Source: an uncultured Planctomycetales bacterium (GTDB taxonomy: Bacteria > Omnitrophota > Gorgyraeia > Zapsychrales > GWA2-47-8). From it: 63,063 nucleotides of DNA. The notes below the pieces were generated by a model. The model saw only the letters and a program-made list of their open reading frames with translations, was not told where the DNA came from and searched no databases. This document shows, piece by piece, positions 51,476-61,596 of the stretch. How positions within the stretch are numbered: position 1 is the stretch's first letter; each line of letters begins with the position of its first letter. Both the position numbers and the translations under genes were made by a program. Where the stretch lies: contig CAYING010000001.1 in the NCBI GenBank assembly GCA_964364715.1, forward strand, positions 33,454-96,516. The letters run 5' to 3'.

Positions 51476-52417
51476 TTATACAAAATTCCTCACGATATAC
51501 TCTTTTTCCCAGATCGTTAAAAATTGATGCGCCGGAAAATAAAATCCGCCCTGGTTGTAATATTGCGTGGACTCGACCCCGGCTCCAGTGAGTTGCCGTT
51601 TTACTTGCTCGCCTTTGAATTTTTTCGAAACCCCGGTCACGTAAACACCGGGCACAATATTTTCAGTTAACGGGAAATACGGTGCAAAGCCTTTGGGGGC
51701 CAGATCATAATTGAAGCGATTCCAATTTTCTCGTCGGAGTTTATTCCATCTGTGTAGATGTGGATATGAGGCGTGAATGGTTTGGCGCAAAAGATTTTCG
51801 TCCGCTGTTTTCAGTTCCAATTTGGAATGTTTGATCGCGGAACGCGCGGCAAGTATCCCGCCGAAGGGAACAGGGAAATATTTGGGCAGGCTGTAGAGCG
51901 CGTAATCGCCGAATGTCCCGGCCTTAGATCCTGCAACGCGCGAGCCGAAGGCATAGGCACAATCTTCCAAAATCGGAATACCCTTTTTCTTAAACGGCGC
52001 AATTTTCCATTCCGGGCACGGGAAGCCGAATTCGTGGATCACCAAGATTAATTTTATCCTTTGACCTTTGACCTTTGACTTTTGACTTTGAATGTCCCAT
52101 CGGCAGACTTTTTCGATCGTATCGGTCACGCAGCTGCTCACGTACGGCCCGTCGGTCGTTTTAACGATCACGACCGTGTCGCTGCGTTTCAATTTTAAAT
52201 GTTTTAAGCAGGCGAGAAGCGCTGACCGTCCGCTGGCGTAAAATTTAAGGTCGTGCGCGTTGTCCAGCCAAAAAGACGGCCTGTCCGTCGTGCGTGAAGC
52301 GGCGGAAACTTTTGATTCGAGCAGTTTTTCCCATTCGCGCGGCACGAACGGCGAGATCCGGATAGAAGGGCGCATATGGGGAAGGGGATTGAGCCCGGTA
52401 TCAGAATAATTTTTCAT
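51476..52417 (-). CDS. DegT/DnrJ/EryC1-type PLP-dependent sugar aminotransferase-like protein (short)
   Basis: ILEDCAYAFGS and YSLPKYFPVPFGGIL (Lys) motifs. It contains an in-frame heptamer-repeat tract. Confidence 0.65.
   Translation of the reverse strand: MKNYSDTGLNPLPHMRPSIRISPFVPREWEKLLESKVSAASRTTDRPSFWLDNAHDLKFYASGRSALLACLKHLKLKRSDTVVIVKTTDGPYVSSCVTDTIEKVCRWDIQSQKSKVKGQRIKLILVIHEFGFPCPEWKIAPFKKKGIPILEDCAYAFGSRVAGSKAGTFGDYALYSLPKYFPVPFGGILAARSAIKHSKLELKTADENLLRQTIHASYPHLHRWNKLRRENWNRFNYDLAPKGFAPYFPLTENIVPGVYVTGVSKKFKGEQVKRQLTGAGVESTQYYNQGGFYFPAHQFLTIWEKEYIVRNFV
52058..52090 (-). repeat. Heptamer (AAAGTCA/AAGGTCA) tract inside a CDS
   Basis: The minus strand reads CAAAGTCAAAAGTCAAAGGTCAAAGGTCAAAGG, encoding QSQKSKVKGQR. 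This is the same motif as the intergenic repeats at 1123-1252 and 2737-2830. Confidence 0.8.
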
Positions 52418-53127
52418 TGGGCGTCCAGGATCACATCATACCGCGGCGTCGGAATCGATCGTCCGGTGATCTTTTGTTCATAAAAGGTGCATTTTAAGTT
52501 GTTCTCTTTCGCAAATTTTTTAAAGAAATCGCGTGCAAGATAAAGTTTGGTCAGGTCGTGGTCCAGTGATTGGGGCCACCAGGGTTTGCTTTTGGCGCTC
52601 ATTTTTTTATAAGTAATTTTGGCGTCTTGATGCACCGGTTCTAAGATGTCGCCAATTAAAATACGGCCGTCGTTTTTTAAAAGGCGGAGCATTCCCTTGA
52701 GCATTTCCTGCGCGGTTTTTTCATCCGGCAAATATTGCGTGACACCGTAGCTGAAGATCTTATCAAAAAGTTTTCCTTTAAAGGGAAGCTTGTGGGCCGG
52801 CGCGACCGCAAAGATCCCGTGCGGATTTAATTTCTTGGCGGTCTTGATCATCTGCGGTGAGACGTCGGTCCCGGTGACCTGTTTAACTTTTTTCCCGAAA
52901 TATTTTGTGAAATAGCCAACCCCGCAGCCGATATCGAGGATGCTGTCGGTCGGGGCAGGGGAGAGTTTGCTGAAAATATCCTGATGGGTCGCCTTAACCG
53001 CTTCTTCGGGGTAAGGCTCGCCGGTCTGGCCGTTTTTATAGTAGGCGATCTTCATTCGCGGGTCAGCGAACTCTTTGGCCGCGCGGTCGAACCAATCTGG
53101 CCAAGACTGTACTTTCGATGTTTTCAT
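52414..53127 (-). CDS. Class I SAM-dependent methyltransferase
   Basis: ILDIGCGVGYF motif I and the LKNDGRILIGD post-motif. ATGA overlap with the downstream gene. Confidence 0.8.
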   Translation of the reverse strand: MKTSKVQSWPDWFDRAAKEFADPRMKIAYYKNGQTGEPYPEEAVKATHQDIFSKLSPAPTDSILDIGCGVGYFTKYFGKKVKQVTGTDVSPQMIKTAKKLNPHGIFAVAPAHKLPFKGKLFDKIFSYGVTQYLPDEKTAQEMLKGMLRLLKNDGRILIGDILEPVHQDAKITYKKMSAKSKPWWPQSLDHDLTKLYLARDFFKKFAKENNLKCTFYEQKITGRSIPTPRYDVILDAQ

Positions 53128-53193
53128 ATGAAAGTTATTCTAGTATCGAAGGCCCTTGAAGTAAAACACTTCTTCTGATATTGTTTCATTAAT

Positions 53194-54255
53194 ATGAAAC
53201 CGCAAAAAATATTTAAGATGCTGATTTGGATCGCTGCTTCGCTGGGGGCAGTGTTTTTCCTTTTGCCTAAGACACAGCTGCAGCCAAAATTTCTCAAACA
53301 TACGGAATACAAACCTCTCTACGGCACAACCGTGAAGCTTGATGTCTGTTATATCCCGGAGGAAGAAGAGGAACTTAAACCGGCGTTCGCCGAGGCCTGG
53401 AAAAAGCTTGAGAGTATTCAGGAGGAGATGAATGTTTTTAACGAACAAAGTGAATTGGCGGATATTAACCGCTCGTACCCGGAAGCAATTCAAGTGTCCG
53501 AGGATATGTACCGTATCCTGCAGCAATCGCTTTATTATAACCAGCTGACCGGTGGAATGTTTGACGTGACGGTCTGGCCATTGATCAAGCTTTGGAAAAA
53601 AGCCGCCAAGGAAAACCGTTATCCGACGACGGAAGAACTTGCAGCCGTCAGATCGAGGATCGGGAGCAAAAATATTGAACTGCCGGGAGAGATCCGTGTG
53701 CGCCTCAAAAATGCGGACGTTAAGATCGATCTGGGCGGGATCGGGGCCGGGTTCGCGGCGGATGAAGCGGCAAAGATTTTCCGCACCCACGGGTTCGCGA
53801 ATTTTCTGGTCGATGCCGGCGGAGATATGTTCGCCGGGGGATCAAATTGCGAAGGGAAAAAATGGCGTATCGGGATCAATGACCCGCGGGACAAAGCGAA
53901 ATTTGTTGATGTTGTGGAATTATCAGACATGGCTGTTTCCACATCAGGGAACTATGAGCAATATTTTGAAATTCAGGGCGAGCGATGGTCGCACATCATT
54001 AATCCGGTGACCGGCTATCCGCAGCGGGGAGTCGCGAGCGCGACACTCATCGCGCCGCGCGGCATTGATGTGGATGCGGTGGCGACTGCTTTATGCGTTT
54101 GGGACGCTAGGACCGCGATCGCTTTTGTGGATAAAATGGGGCCCGAGTGGGCAAGCGTCATTTTTAGCGGAGAGACGGACGAGGGATTGATACGGACGGA
54201 GAGCAAAAATTATAATCGTTATAAATCTAAATCTAAACAATCGGGTGATTTTTAG
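53194..54255 (+). CDS. apbE: FAD:protein FMN transferase ApbE
   Basis: FDVTVWPL, DLGGIGAG, AVSTSGNYE and HIINP motifs. Confidence 0.88.
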   Translation: MKPQKIFKMLIWIAASLGAVFFLLPKTQLQPKFLKHTEYKPLYGTTVKLDVCYIPEEEEELKPAFAEAWKKLESIQEEMNVFNEQSELADINRSYPEAIQVSEDMYRILQQSLYYNQLTGGMFDVTVWPLIKLWKKAAKENRYPTTEELAAVRSRIGSKNIELPGEIRVRLKNADVKIDLGGIGAGFAADEAAKIFRTHGFANFLVDAGGDMFAGGSNCEGKKWRIGINDPRDKAKFVDVVELSDMAVSTSGNYEQYFEIQGERWSHIINPVTGYPQRGVASATLIAPRGIDVDAVATALCVWDARTAIAFVDKMGPEWASVIFSGETDEGLIRTESKNYNRYKSKSKQSGDF

Positions 54256-54305
54256 GAAAAGTTTGTTATAATAAAAGCACTTTAAAAATTATTCAAGACC
54301 GACAA

Positions 54306-56366
54306 ATGCTCCGCGCCATAAAAAATAAAAATTTCACCTATAAAGACTTCATCGCCTCGATCGACGGCTTTGAGAAGAATTACAAAGACGACATCAGCGA
54401 CCAGGTTTATTTCGGGTTTCCCATTCAGACCCTTTTGAACGCTGAATCCGCGCTTATTTCCGAGAAGGAAAAATCCGTCGCTTATTTTTCTATGGAATAC
54501 GGGATCGCGCCGAGCATCTACAATACCTTTGCCCTCAAGCGCTCGATGAGCGAGAAGAACCATTTTTATACCCACCAGGTGTTCTCCAATTACTGGTTGT
54601 GTGATTATTTATTTAAGCTGAAGATCGATAAGATGCTCGACATCCCGATCTACAGCGGCGGGCTGGGTGTTTTGGCAGGGGATACGATCAAAAGCACTGC
54701 TGATCTGGGTTTGTCAGTCGTAGGGTTGGGGATCCTTTGGAATAAAGGTTATTTTAAACAGAATTTTTGGTACAAACACGGCCAGGTGCCGCAGCAGATG
54801 CAATGGGATCCGCATTCGTATCCGGGGCTTGTTCCGCTCCAGAATATTGTGACGATCAATACTAAGGAAGGCCCTCTCAACCTGCGTTTGTGGAAATATT
54901 ATGTTTACAGTTATGACAAGAAAAATGCCTGTCCGCTGATCCTTTTGGACTCTAATTTAGAAACGAACAGCCTGCATTTTCGCACCTTGACCGACCAGCT
55001 GTACCGCAGCGACAACGCCGGTTGGAAGATCTTCCAGCGGTCGATTCTGGGGATCGGCGGTATGAAAGCGTTGCAAAGCTTAGGGTATGAGATCGACACC
55101 TACCATTTGAATGAAGGGCACGCCGCGTTCGCTTTGGTCGAAAAATATCTCGAGCTGGATGACAAAAAGAAGATGGAAGATGTGAAAAAGAAATTTGTTT
55201 TCACCTGCCATACCCCGGTCGCGGCCGGGCATGACCGTTTTAAAGTGCATGATGTCGCGCGGATCTTAAACGACGATTATATCCATGCGGCTGAATTGTT
55301 CGGCAAGGAATCCCAGCACTCCGATGAAATTAATTTAACCTATATATCTTTGAACAATTGTTCAAGGGTCAACGCCGTCGCCCAGAAGCACGGGGAGGTC
55401 ATGCGGCTGCAATTCCCTGCGTATGCTTCCAAGATCAAATCGATCACCAACGGCGTGCACATGCACACCTGGGTTTCGGAAAGCATGCAGAAGCTGTTTG
55501 ATCGTTACCGCAATGTGTTCGGGAACTGGCGCGAGAACCCGGAAGCCCTTTTGAATATTGAACAGTTCCGCAAGGATGATGTTTTTCGCGGAGATCTATT
55601 TCTAGCGCACCAGGAAAATAAGCGTAAATTTGTTGATATCCTGAAGAACTGGAAATTAAAAGATGATGTTTTCACGATCGCCTGGGCGCGGCGCATTGCC
55701 GGTTACAAACGTCCGGCCTTGATCTTCCATAATATCGATCACATTATTAAACTTGCTTATGAAGTCGGGCCGATGCAGATCATTCTCGCCGGGAAAGCGC
55801 ATCCCAACGATAATATCGGCGCCGCGCATATTGAAGAGATCCTGGACCATATCGACCGTTTAAATGACCACAAAAAAGTGATCAAGGTTTTGATCCTGGA
55901 AAACTATGACACGTATTTCGGGAAACTTTTGACGAATTCGGTCGATGTTTGGCTGAACAACCCTTTGCCGCCGTTTGAGGCTTCAGGGACCAGCGGGATG
56001 AAAGCGATTTTAAACGGTGTCCTGCAGATGAGCACGCTTGACGGTTGGGTGGTGGAAGCGGAGAAAGATGATATCGGCTGGATCTTCGGATATCGTCATC
56101 AGGAAGGCACGGATATTGGAAGCGAAGGTAATTTGAGGCTTGATGAAGATTCCCAGGCTTTATGCCAGACATTGAAAGAAGCCATTCAGCTCTATTATCA
56201 AACTTTTCCTCAGAGGACGGTGAACCCGTCGAGCGCCTGGATTGACAAGATGATGAATTGTATCAAGCGCAGCGCATTCTTTAATACCCAGCGGATGGTG
56301 AATCAATATAATAAGGAAATGTGGCAGATCAATAGCGGGAAAGCGGCTTATGCGCCAATACCTTGA
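54306..56366 (+). CDS. Alpha-glucan phosphorylase (GT35, short maltodextrin/glycogen phosphorylase type)
   Basis: [25 protein letters not shown] motifs. Confidence 0.9.
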   Translation: MLRAIKNKNFTYKDFIASIDGFEKNYKDDISDQVYFGFPIQTLLNAESALISEKEKSVAYFSMEYGIAPSIYNTFALKRSMSEKNHFYTHQVFSNYWLCDYLFKLKIDKMLDIPIYSGGLGVLAGDTIKSTADLGLSVVGLGILWNKGYFKQNFWYKHGQVPQQMQWDPHSYPGLVPLQNIVTINTKEGPLNLRLWKYYVYSYDKKNACPLILLDSNLETNSLHFRTLTDQLYRSDNAGWKIFQRSILGIGGMKALQSLGYEIDTYHLNEGHAAFALVEKYLELDDKKKMEDVKKKFVFTCHTPVAAGHDRFKVHDVARILNDDYIHAAELFGKESQHSDEINLTYISLNNCSRVNAVAQKHGEVMRLQFPAYASKIKSITNGVHMHTWVSESMQKLFDRYRNVFGNWRENPEALLNIEQFRKDDVFRGDLFLAHQENKRKFVDILKNWKLKDDVFTIAWARRIAGYKRPALIFHNIDHIIKLAYEVGPMQIILAGKAHPNDNIGAAHIEEILDHIDRLNDHKKVIKVLILENYDTYFGKLLTNSVDVWLNNPLPPFEASGTSGMKAILNGVLQMSTLDGWVVEAEKDDIGWIFGYRHQEGTDIGSEGNLRLDEDSQALCQTLKEAIQLYYQTFPQRTVNPSSAWIDKMMNCIKRSAFFNTQRMVNQYNKEMWQINSGKAAYAPIP

Positions 56367-57165
56367 TCTTGTAAAGTGCGTCTTGGACCATGGCGAGAAG
56401 AAGGAAGACCGCACGGGCACTGGAATTTTGTCTGTATTCGGTTTTCAGACAAAATATGATCTGCGTGACGGTTTCCCCATTTTGACAACCAAAAAAGTTT
56501 TGTTTGATGGGGTGGTGCGCGAGCTGCTCTGGTTCTTGAAAGGTTCGACTAACATTAATGATGGTTTGAAACAGCACACGCCGATCTGGAACGCCTGGGC
56601 TAATGAACAGGGAGAATTGGGGCCGGTGTACGGGTATCAATGGCGTAAATGGGAAAAATTTGTGTGGGATGCCGAATCCAAGGCCTACCGCAAAGAATAT
56701 ATCGACCAGATCCAGCAGGCGATCGGGATGATCAAAAATAATCCCAATTCCCGTCGGATCATCGTGAGCGCTTGGAACGTGGCGGACATCGACCGGATGG
56801 CCTTGCCGCCGTGCCACGCGTTCTTCCAGTTTTATGTGGTGGACGGCCGGCTGGATTGTCAGCTGTATCAGCGTTCCGCCGACATCGCTTTGGGTGTTCC
56901 GTTCAACATCGCCGGCTACGCGCTTTTGATGAGCCTGATCGCGCAGGAATGCGATTTAACCCCGGGAATCTTTGTCCATACCCTTGGCGATGCGCATATT
57001 TACTTGAACCATGTGGACGGCTTGAAATTACAGCTGACCCGCGGCTGCAAACCGCTCCCGCTTCTTAAGATTGCCCGGAAGAATTTCCGAGATATCACTT
57101 TTGAAGATGTACGTCTGATCAATTATCAGCACCACGATTTTATTAAATTCCCCATTGCGGTGTAA
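56350..57165 (+). CDS. thyA: Thymidylate synthase
   Basis: [40 protein letters not shown]. Confidence 0.95.
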   Translation: MRQYLDLVKCVLDHGEKKEDRTGTGILSVFGFQTKYDLRDGFPILTTKKVLFDGVVRELLWFLKGSTNINDGLKQHTPIWNAWANEQGELGPVYGYQWRKWEKFVWDAESKAYRKEYIDQIQQAIGMIKNNPNSRRIIVSAWNVADIDRMALPPCHAFFQFYVVDGRLDCQLYQRSADIALGVPFNIAGYALLMSLIAQECDLTPGIFVHTLGDAHIYLNHVDGLKLQLTRGCKPLPLLKIARKNFRDITFEDVRLINYQHHDFIKFPIAV

Positions 57166-57704
57166 TGAAAACGCCTTTTTCCCTCATCGTCGCGATAGAT
57201 TCCAAAAACGGTATCGGTAAAAACGGCCAGCTGCCGTGGCATCTGCCGGCTGACTTAAAGCATTTTAGAGAGATTACTTGTACGGTACGCGACCCTAAAA
57301 AGCAGAACGTTGTCTTGATGGGGCGTAAGACCTGGGATTCTATCCCGGAGAAGTTTCGCCCGCTGCCGGGGAGGATCAATGTGGTTCTAAGCCGGCGTCC
57401 GGATTTGGAACTTCCACAAAGTGTTGTTCCGGCTGGATCTTTTGAGACGGCGTTTAACATTTTGGAATCAAAGGATTTAAAGAGTAAATGGGAATCTGTC
57501 TTTGTTATCGGCGGCGCAGAGATTTTTAGTAAAGCAATTAAATTTCCAGAATGTCGGAAATTATTCATGACGCATATTGAGTCGTCATTTTTCTGTGATA
57601 CCTGCTTCCCTGAGTTTCAGAAAGCCTTCCGCCGTATCCGGCAGGACCCTTGGCAAACCGAGAATGATCTCCGATTTTATTTTGCTGAATACATCCGTCC
57701 ATAG
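57165..57704 (+). CDS. folA: Dihydrofolate reductase
   Basis: IGKNGQLPWHLP-DLK-F, LMGRKTWDSIP and VIGGAEIF motifs. Its start overlaps the thyA stop. Confidence 0.9.
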   Translation: MKTPFSLIVAIDSKNGIGKNGQLPWHLPADLKHFREITCTVRDPKKQNVVLMGRKTWDSIPEKFRPLPGRINVVLSRRPDLELPQSVVPAGSFETAFNILESKDLKSKWESVFVIGGAEIFSKAIKFPECRKLFMTHIESSFFCDTCFPEFQKAFRRIRQDPWQTENDLRFYFAEYIRP

Positions 57705-57867
57705 CAATCATAACATTTTGCACATCAACATGTTATATAAAATGTCCATTTTATTGGGAATTCTTCCTTGTTGCGTGAATATGCGCAACATATACTTATT
57801 ATTGATGATATGAGTTTTCGTGGCGGGCAGCATGACCTAAATTTTATATAAAAATTTGAACATCCAA

Positions 57868-57876
57868 TGGTATAAT
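57868..57876 (+). promoter_or_regulatory. Extended -10 promoter TGgTATAAT only 8 nt from the ATG
   Basis: TGGTATAAT at 57868-57876 and ATG at 57885. There is no SD in between. Confidence 0.45.
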
Positions 57877-57884
57877 AAAACATC

Positions 57885-59057
57885 ATGATTGATCAACTAA
57901 CCAACCCTAAAAATATTTTGTTAGTTGATGACGACCACCATGTTTCTCAAATGCTTAAACTTCTTCTTGAGACCCGTGGTTATCAGGTCAGTATCGCTCA
58001 TTCCGGACGTTCCGCACTCGAAAAAGCCAATAATTCCATTGACATTATTCTTCTGGACATTGTTCTTCCTGACCATAGCGGTTTTGAGGTCTGCCGCAAA
58101 CTTAAAGAGGGCGATGAAACACGCCATATCCCGATCATTATTTTAAGCGCGAAGTATCTGTTTGAAGACAAAATTGAAGGTTTGTATTTGGGGGCGGATG
58201 ATTATTTGACTAAGCCCTTTGAACATGAGGAGCTGATCGCCCGGATGGAGGCGGTGATGCGCCGGGGATCGCGCGCACACTTTGACCCGGCACTGAATGG
58301 AGAAGAAAACGTTGTATCGGAGCTGAGAAAAATCCTCGATGAAGAATTGATTATCCCGTTCTTTCAGCCGATCTATTTTTTAAAACCATTTAAATTTTTT
58401 GGGCTGGAAGTTTTGACCCGGCCGATCGTCCGCAGTTCCTTGGCGAACCCGGAGTTATTGTTTCGTGCCGCGCTGAAGTACGGCTTGTACCACGAGCTTG
58501 AGATCCTCGCCTGGAAAAAGGCGCTGCAGTTCGTTTCCAAATTCCTTGCCGACCGGAAATTGTTCCTCAACTGCAATCCGTATTTGGTGGAGGGGCCGAA
58601 ATTCCTGACGATCCAATCGATGTTCAGCGATAATGGCATCCATCCCTCGAATGTCATTTTGGAGATCACGGAACGTTCCCGGATATCAGATTACAAGTTG
58701 TTTTATGAACATTTGAAGAAGTACCGTGAATGCGGATTCCGTTTTGCCGTCGACGATGTGGGCGGGGGATTTGCCAGCCTGGAATCCATTGTCGAAACAA
58801 AGCCCGAGGTCGTTAAAATCGACCGGCACATTGTGTCCAATCTTCACATCGATTCCTTTAAGAGAAGCATCATAAAATTTGTCGTCGCATTCTGCCGGGA
58901 GAATAATATTATCTCGATCGCCGAAGGGATCGAATCGAAGCAGGAATTGGACGTCCTGATCTCGCTGGGCGTTGACGCCGGCCAAGGTTATTTCCTCTAC
59001 AAGCCCACCCCCGAGATCAATATCAACGAAATAACCGCCAGAGTTTTAGACAAATAA
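57885..59057 (+). CDS. Response-regulator receiver + EAL c-di-GMP phosphodiesterase
   Basis: REC motifs (LLVDDD, LLDIVLPD, LTKPF). The EAL domain has EVL, NCNP, LEITE, DDVG, KIDR, EGIE and QGY. Confidence 0.85.
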   Translation: MIDQLTNPKNILLVDDDHHVSQMLKLLLETRGYQVSIAHSGRSALEKANNSIDIILLDIVLPDHSGFEVCRKLKEGDETRHIPIIILSAKYLFEDKIEGLYLGADDYLTKPFEHEELIARMEAVMRRGSRAHFDPALNGEENVVSELRKILDEELIIPFFQPIYFLKPFKFFGLEVLTRPIVRSSLANPELLFRAALKYGLYHELEILAWKKALQFVSKFLADRKLFLNCNPYLVEGPKFLTIQSMFSDNGIHPSNVILEITERSRISDYKLFYEHLKKYRECGFRFAVDDVGGGFASLESIVETKPEVVKIDRHIVSNLHIDSFKRSIIKFVVAFCRENNIISIAEGIESKQELDVLISLGVDAGQGYFLYKPTPEININEITARVLDK

Positions 59058-59060
59058 ATT

Positions 59061-59975
59061 ATGGAATTATTCGAAAAATTTATACTGACCTTTTTGGCCT
59101 ATGCCCAGGAATTGTGGGGACCGGTCTTGCTGGGATTTTTTTTGAGCGGGATCGTTTTTGTTTTTATCCCGTCAAGGATCGTGCAGGAACATTTAGGGTC
59201 CGGGGGATTCAAGCCGATCCTCTTGATCTCGGTTATCGGGACCATATTGCCGGTGTGCTGTTTTGGCGTGCTGCCGATCGTGGTGACGCTTAAACAGAAA
59301 GGGGCCAGACTGGGGCCGATGCTCGCGTTTTTGGTGACGACACCGGCGACATCGATCTCGGCATTGGCGGTTTGTTGGAAATTGTTGGGGCCTCTCTTTA
59401 CGGCCTATATTTTTTTCGCGGTCATTCTGATGGGGGTTGTGATCGGCGTAATCGGGAATCTCTTGCCGTATAAATCGAAAAATGCTTTAGCCTCAGTAGA
59501 GAAGTGCTGCGCCGATCCTAAGCCGTCTGCGGCCGAGCCGCGAAGCTGGAATCAAAAGGTTGCCGGGGTGTTAACACACGCATTTATTGTCCTGCCGAAG
59601 GAGATCGGCGGTGAGCTTTTGTTGGGGGTGGCGTTGGCGAGTTTTCTGGTGATATTTGATCCGCTGCAAAATTTCATCCGCCAGTATTTGACCGGAACGC
59701 TTGGGTATGCGGCCATTCTGATTTCCGGGCCGCTGACGTATACTTGTTCAACGGCCAGTGTCCCGATGGCGGATGCGCTTTTAAAAAGCGGGATGCATTG
59801 GGGACAGGCGATGACGTATTTGATTGAAGGTCCGATCACCAGCTACAGTTCAATCCTGGTCTTGCATAAGGAATTTGGTTGGAAAATCCTCGTTGTCTAC
59901 CTTCTGAGTGTTGCCTTGCTTTCCTTGGCTGCCGGGCTTGCCTTTGAATTTATTTTTTTCCGTCAATTCTCTTGA
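59061..59975 (+). CDS. Predicted permease (ArsP_1/YraQ family)
   Basis: Polytopic, with a CC pair followed by the LAFLVTTPATS motif. Confidence 0.65.
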   Translation: MELFEKFILTFLAYAQELWGPVLLGFFLSGIVFVFIPSRIVQEHLGSGGFKPILLISVIGTILPVCCFGVLPIVVTLKQKGARLGPMLAFLVTTPATSISALAVCWKLLGPLFTAYIFFAVILMGVVIGVIGNLLPYKSKNALASVEKCCADPKPSAAEPRSWNQKVAGVLTHAFIVLPKEIGGELLLGVALASFLVIFDPLQNFIRQYLTGTLGYAAILISGPLTYTCSTASVPMADALLKSGMHWGQAMTYLIEGPITSYSSILVLHKEFGWKILVVYLLSVALLSLAAGLAFEFIFFRQFS

Positions 59976-60008
59976 GGCGGTTCGTCGGCTGTGTTAGAAT
60001 TTTCAATA

Positions 60009-60563
60009 ATGAAGTTAAAATTATATTTTGTATTAAGTGTCATATTTTTTCTGTCAGCCGGGTGTGCCGGCTTAAAGAAAGAGCAAGCGGTCTCCTCTTA
60101 TTCTTTCGACGGCAAGGTTCTGGATTCTGACAATCTCAAGGGCGGAGGAAAAATTTATCTTGTCCCTTTTAGCGCCGGCGTGGGAGTTGAGGCCGGCGAA
60201 ACGCTGGATGAGGCCGCCTTGATGCTCATCAAAGGGATTTATGAGGAGTTGAGCAGTACGAATTCCGCTCTTACCGTGCTCACGTCAGGCCAGGGGTCTT
60301 CGGCGGATTTTATTCTTCGGGGTCATTTTGTGAAATGGAACGACGGCTCTTCTGGAAGAATAAAAAAATTATTAACTTCCGGAAAACAGCGGAGCATTAG
60401 TACCATTAGTGTCGAGGGCGAAATCATCGAGAGGGCGACGGGCAAGGTTTTGATCCATTTCGCGGATGTTAAAGAAGCGGCAGTCAGGTCGGATGATCAT
60501 CGTGCGTTAGGGTATAATATCGGCAAAGACATCGGCCGTTTCATTCTTTCAGCAGTACGTTAA
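60009..60563 (+). CDS. Hypothetical lipoprotein
   Basis: Lipobox LSAGCA. ATG 60009 is preferred over the GTG 59991 of the ORF track. Confidence 0.6.
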   Translation: MKLKLYFVLSVIFFLSAGCAGLKKEQAVSSYSFDGKVLDSDNLKGGGKIYLVPFSAGVGVEAGETLDEAALMLIKGIYEELSSTNSALTVLTSGQGSSADFILRGHFVKWNDGSSGRIKKLLTSGKQRSISTISVEGEIIERATGKVLIHFADVKEAAVRSDDHRALGYNIGKDIGRFILSAVR

Positions 60564-60576
60564 AAAGGATGTGAAA

Positions 60577-61542
60577 ATGATCGTTGTGACGGGAGCAGCT
60601 GGGTTTATCGGCAGTGTTGTTTTGGCGGCGCTGAATGCGGAAGGGTATCGCGACATTTACGCGGTTGATCATATCGACGATGAGTTGAGGAAGTGGAACC
60701 TGAACAATAAAAAGTATCTGCGTTATTTTGACAAAAAAGAATTTATCGCGATGGTCCGCGCGGATAAGCTGGAAAAGACCGCTGACTGCGTGATTCATAT
60801 GGGCGCCTGCAGTTCAACGACGTCGATGGACGCGAAGTATTACGAAGAGAACAATTTTCAATACACCAAGACATTGGCCGAATGGTGCCTGAAGAAGAAC
60901 GCGCGGTTCATTTACGCCAGTTCGGCCGCGACCTACGGCGACGGCAGCCACGGTTACAAAGATGATGACGAAACGCTGCGCGCGTGCAAGCCGCTCAATT
61001 TATACGGCCAGTCCAAACAGAAATTCGATCTGTGGGCCTTGGATAATCATGTGCTGAACAAGATGGCCGGCTTAAAATTTTTCAATGTCTTCGGGCCGAA
61101 CGAATATCACAAGGGCGATATGCGCAGCGTGGCGGCCAAGGCGTACGAGCGGGTTGTCAGAGAAGGGAAGATGAGTCTTTTTAAGTCTTATAAGAAAGAA
61201 TGCGCTGACGGTGAACAGAAAAGGGATTTTATTTATGTCAAAGATGCGGTGGATATCGTGATGTTCTTTTTCCAAAATCCGCAGATCAACGGCATTTTTA
61301 ACGTCGGAACCGGCAAGGCGCGTTCCTGGAACGATCTGGCCAAGGCTTTATTAAAGGCGGCGAATCAGCCGGTGAATATCGAATATATTGATATGCCGGA
61401 AATTTTGAAAAAACAGTATCAGTATTTTACCGAAGCCGAAATGGGTAAGTTGCGGCACGCCGGATACGATAAGCCGTTTATGTCTTTGGAAGATTCGGTC
61501 TTAGATTATGTGCAATATTTGAAGAACCGCAGGTATATTTAA
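60577..61542 (+). CDS. hldD: ADP-L-glycero-D-manno-heptose 6-epimerase
   Basis: IVVTGAAGFIGS, HMGACSSTT, YASSAATYG, YGQSK, FNVFGPNE-HKG-M-SV and GYDKPF motifs align with HldD/RfaD along the full length. Confidence 0.9.
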   Translation: MIVVTGAAGFIGSVVLAALNAEGYRDIYAVDHIDDELRKWNLNNKKYLRYFDKKEFIAMVRADKLEKTADCVIHMGACSSTTSMDAKYYEENNFQYTKTLAEWCLKKNARFIYASSAATYGDGSHGYKDDDETLRACKPLNLYGQSKQKFDLWALDNHVLNKMAGLKFFNVFGPNEYHKGDMRSVAAKAYERVVREGKMSLFKSYKKECADGEQKRDFIYVKDAVDIVMFFFQNPQINGIFNVGTGKARSWNDLAKALLKAANQPVNIEYIDMPEILKKQYQYFTEAEMGKLRHAGYDKPFMSLEDSVLDYVQYLKNRRYI

Positions 61543-61550
61543 ACCCCGCC

Positions 61551-61570
61551 CGCCCCGCCTATGGCGGGGG
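61551..61570 (+). terminator. GC hairpin after hldD
   Basis: CGCCCCGCC-TAT-GGCGGGGG with no U-tract. It overlaps the ATG 61561 used by the ORF track. Confidence 0.35.
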
Positions 61571-61596
61571 CAAGCGCGGGGCAGGAAGGTGAGCCA

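Noticed and set aside
57836-57848. The 13-nt string ACCTAAATTTTAT is shared with the twin-hairpin element (3523-3535).
   Set aside because: It is too short and A/T-rich to distinguish from chance. None of the hairpin stems of the element are present at this locus.
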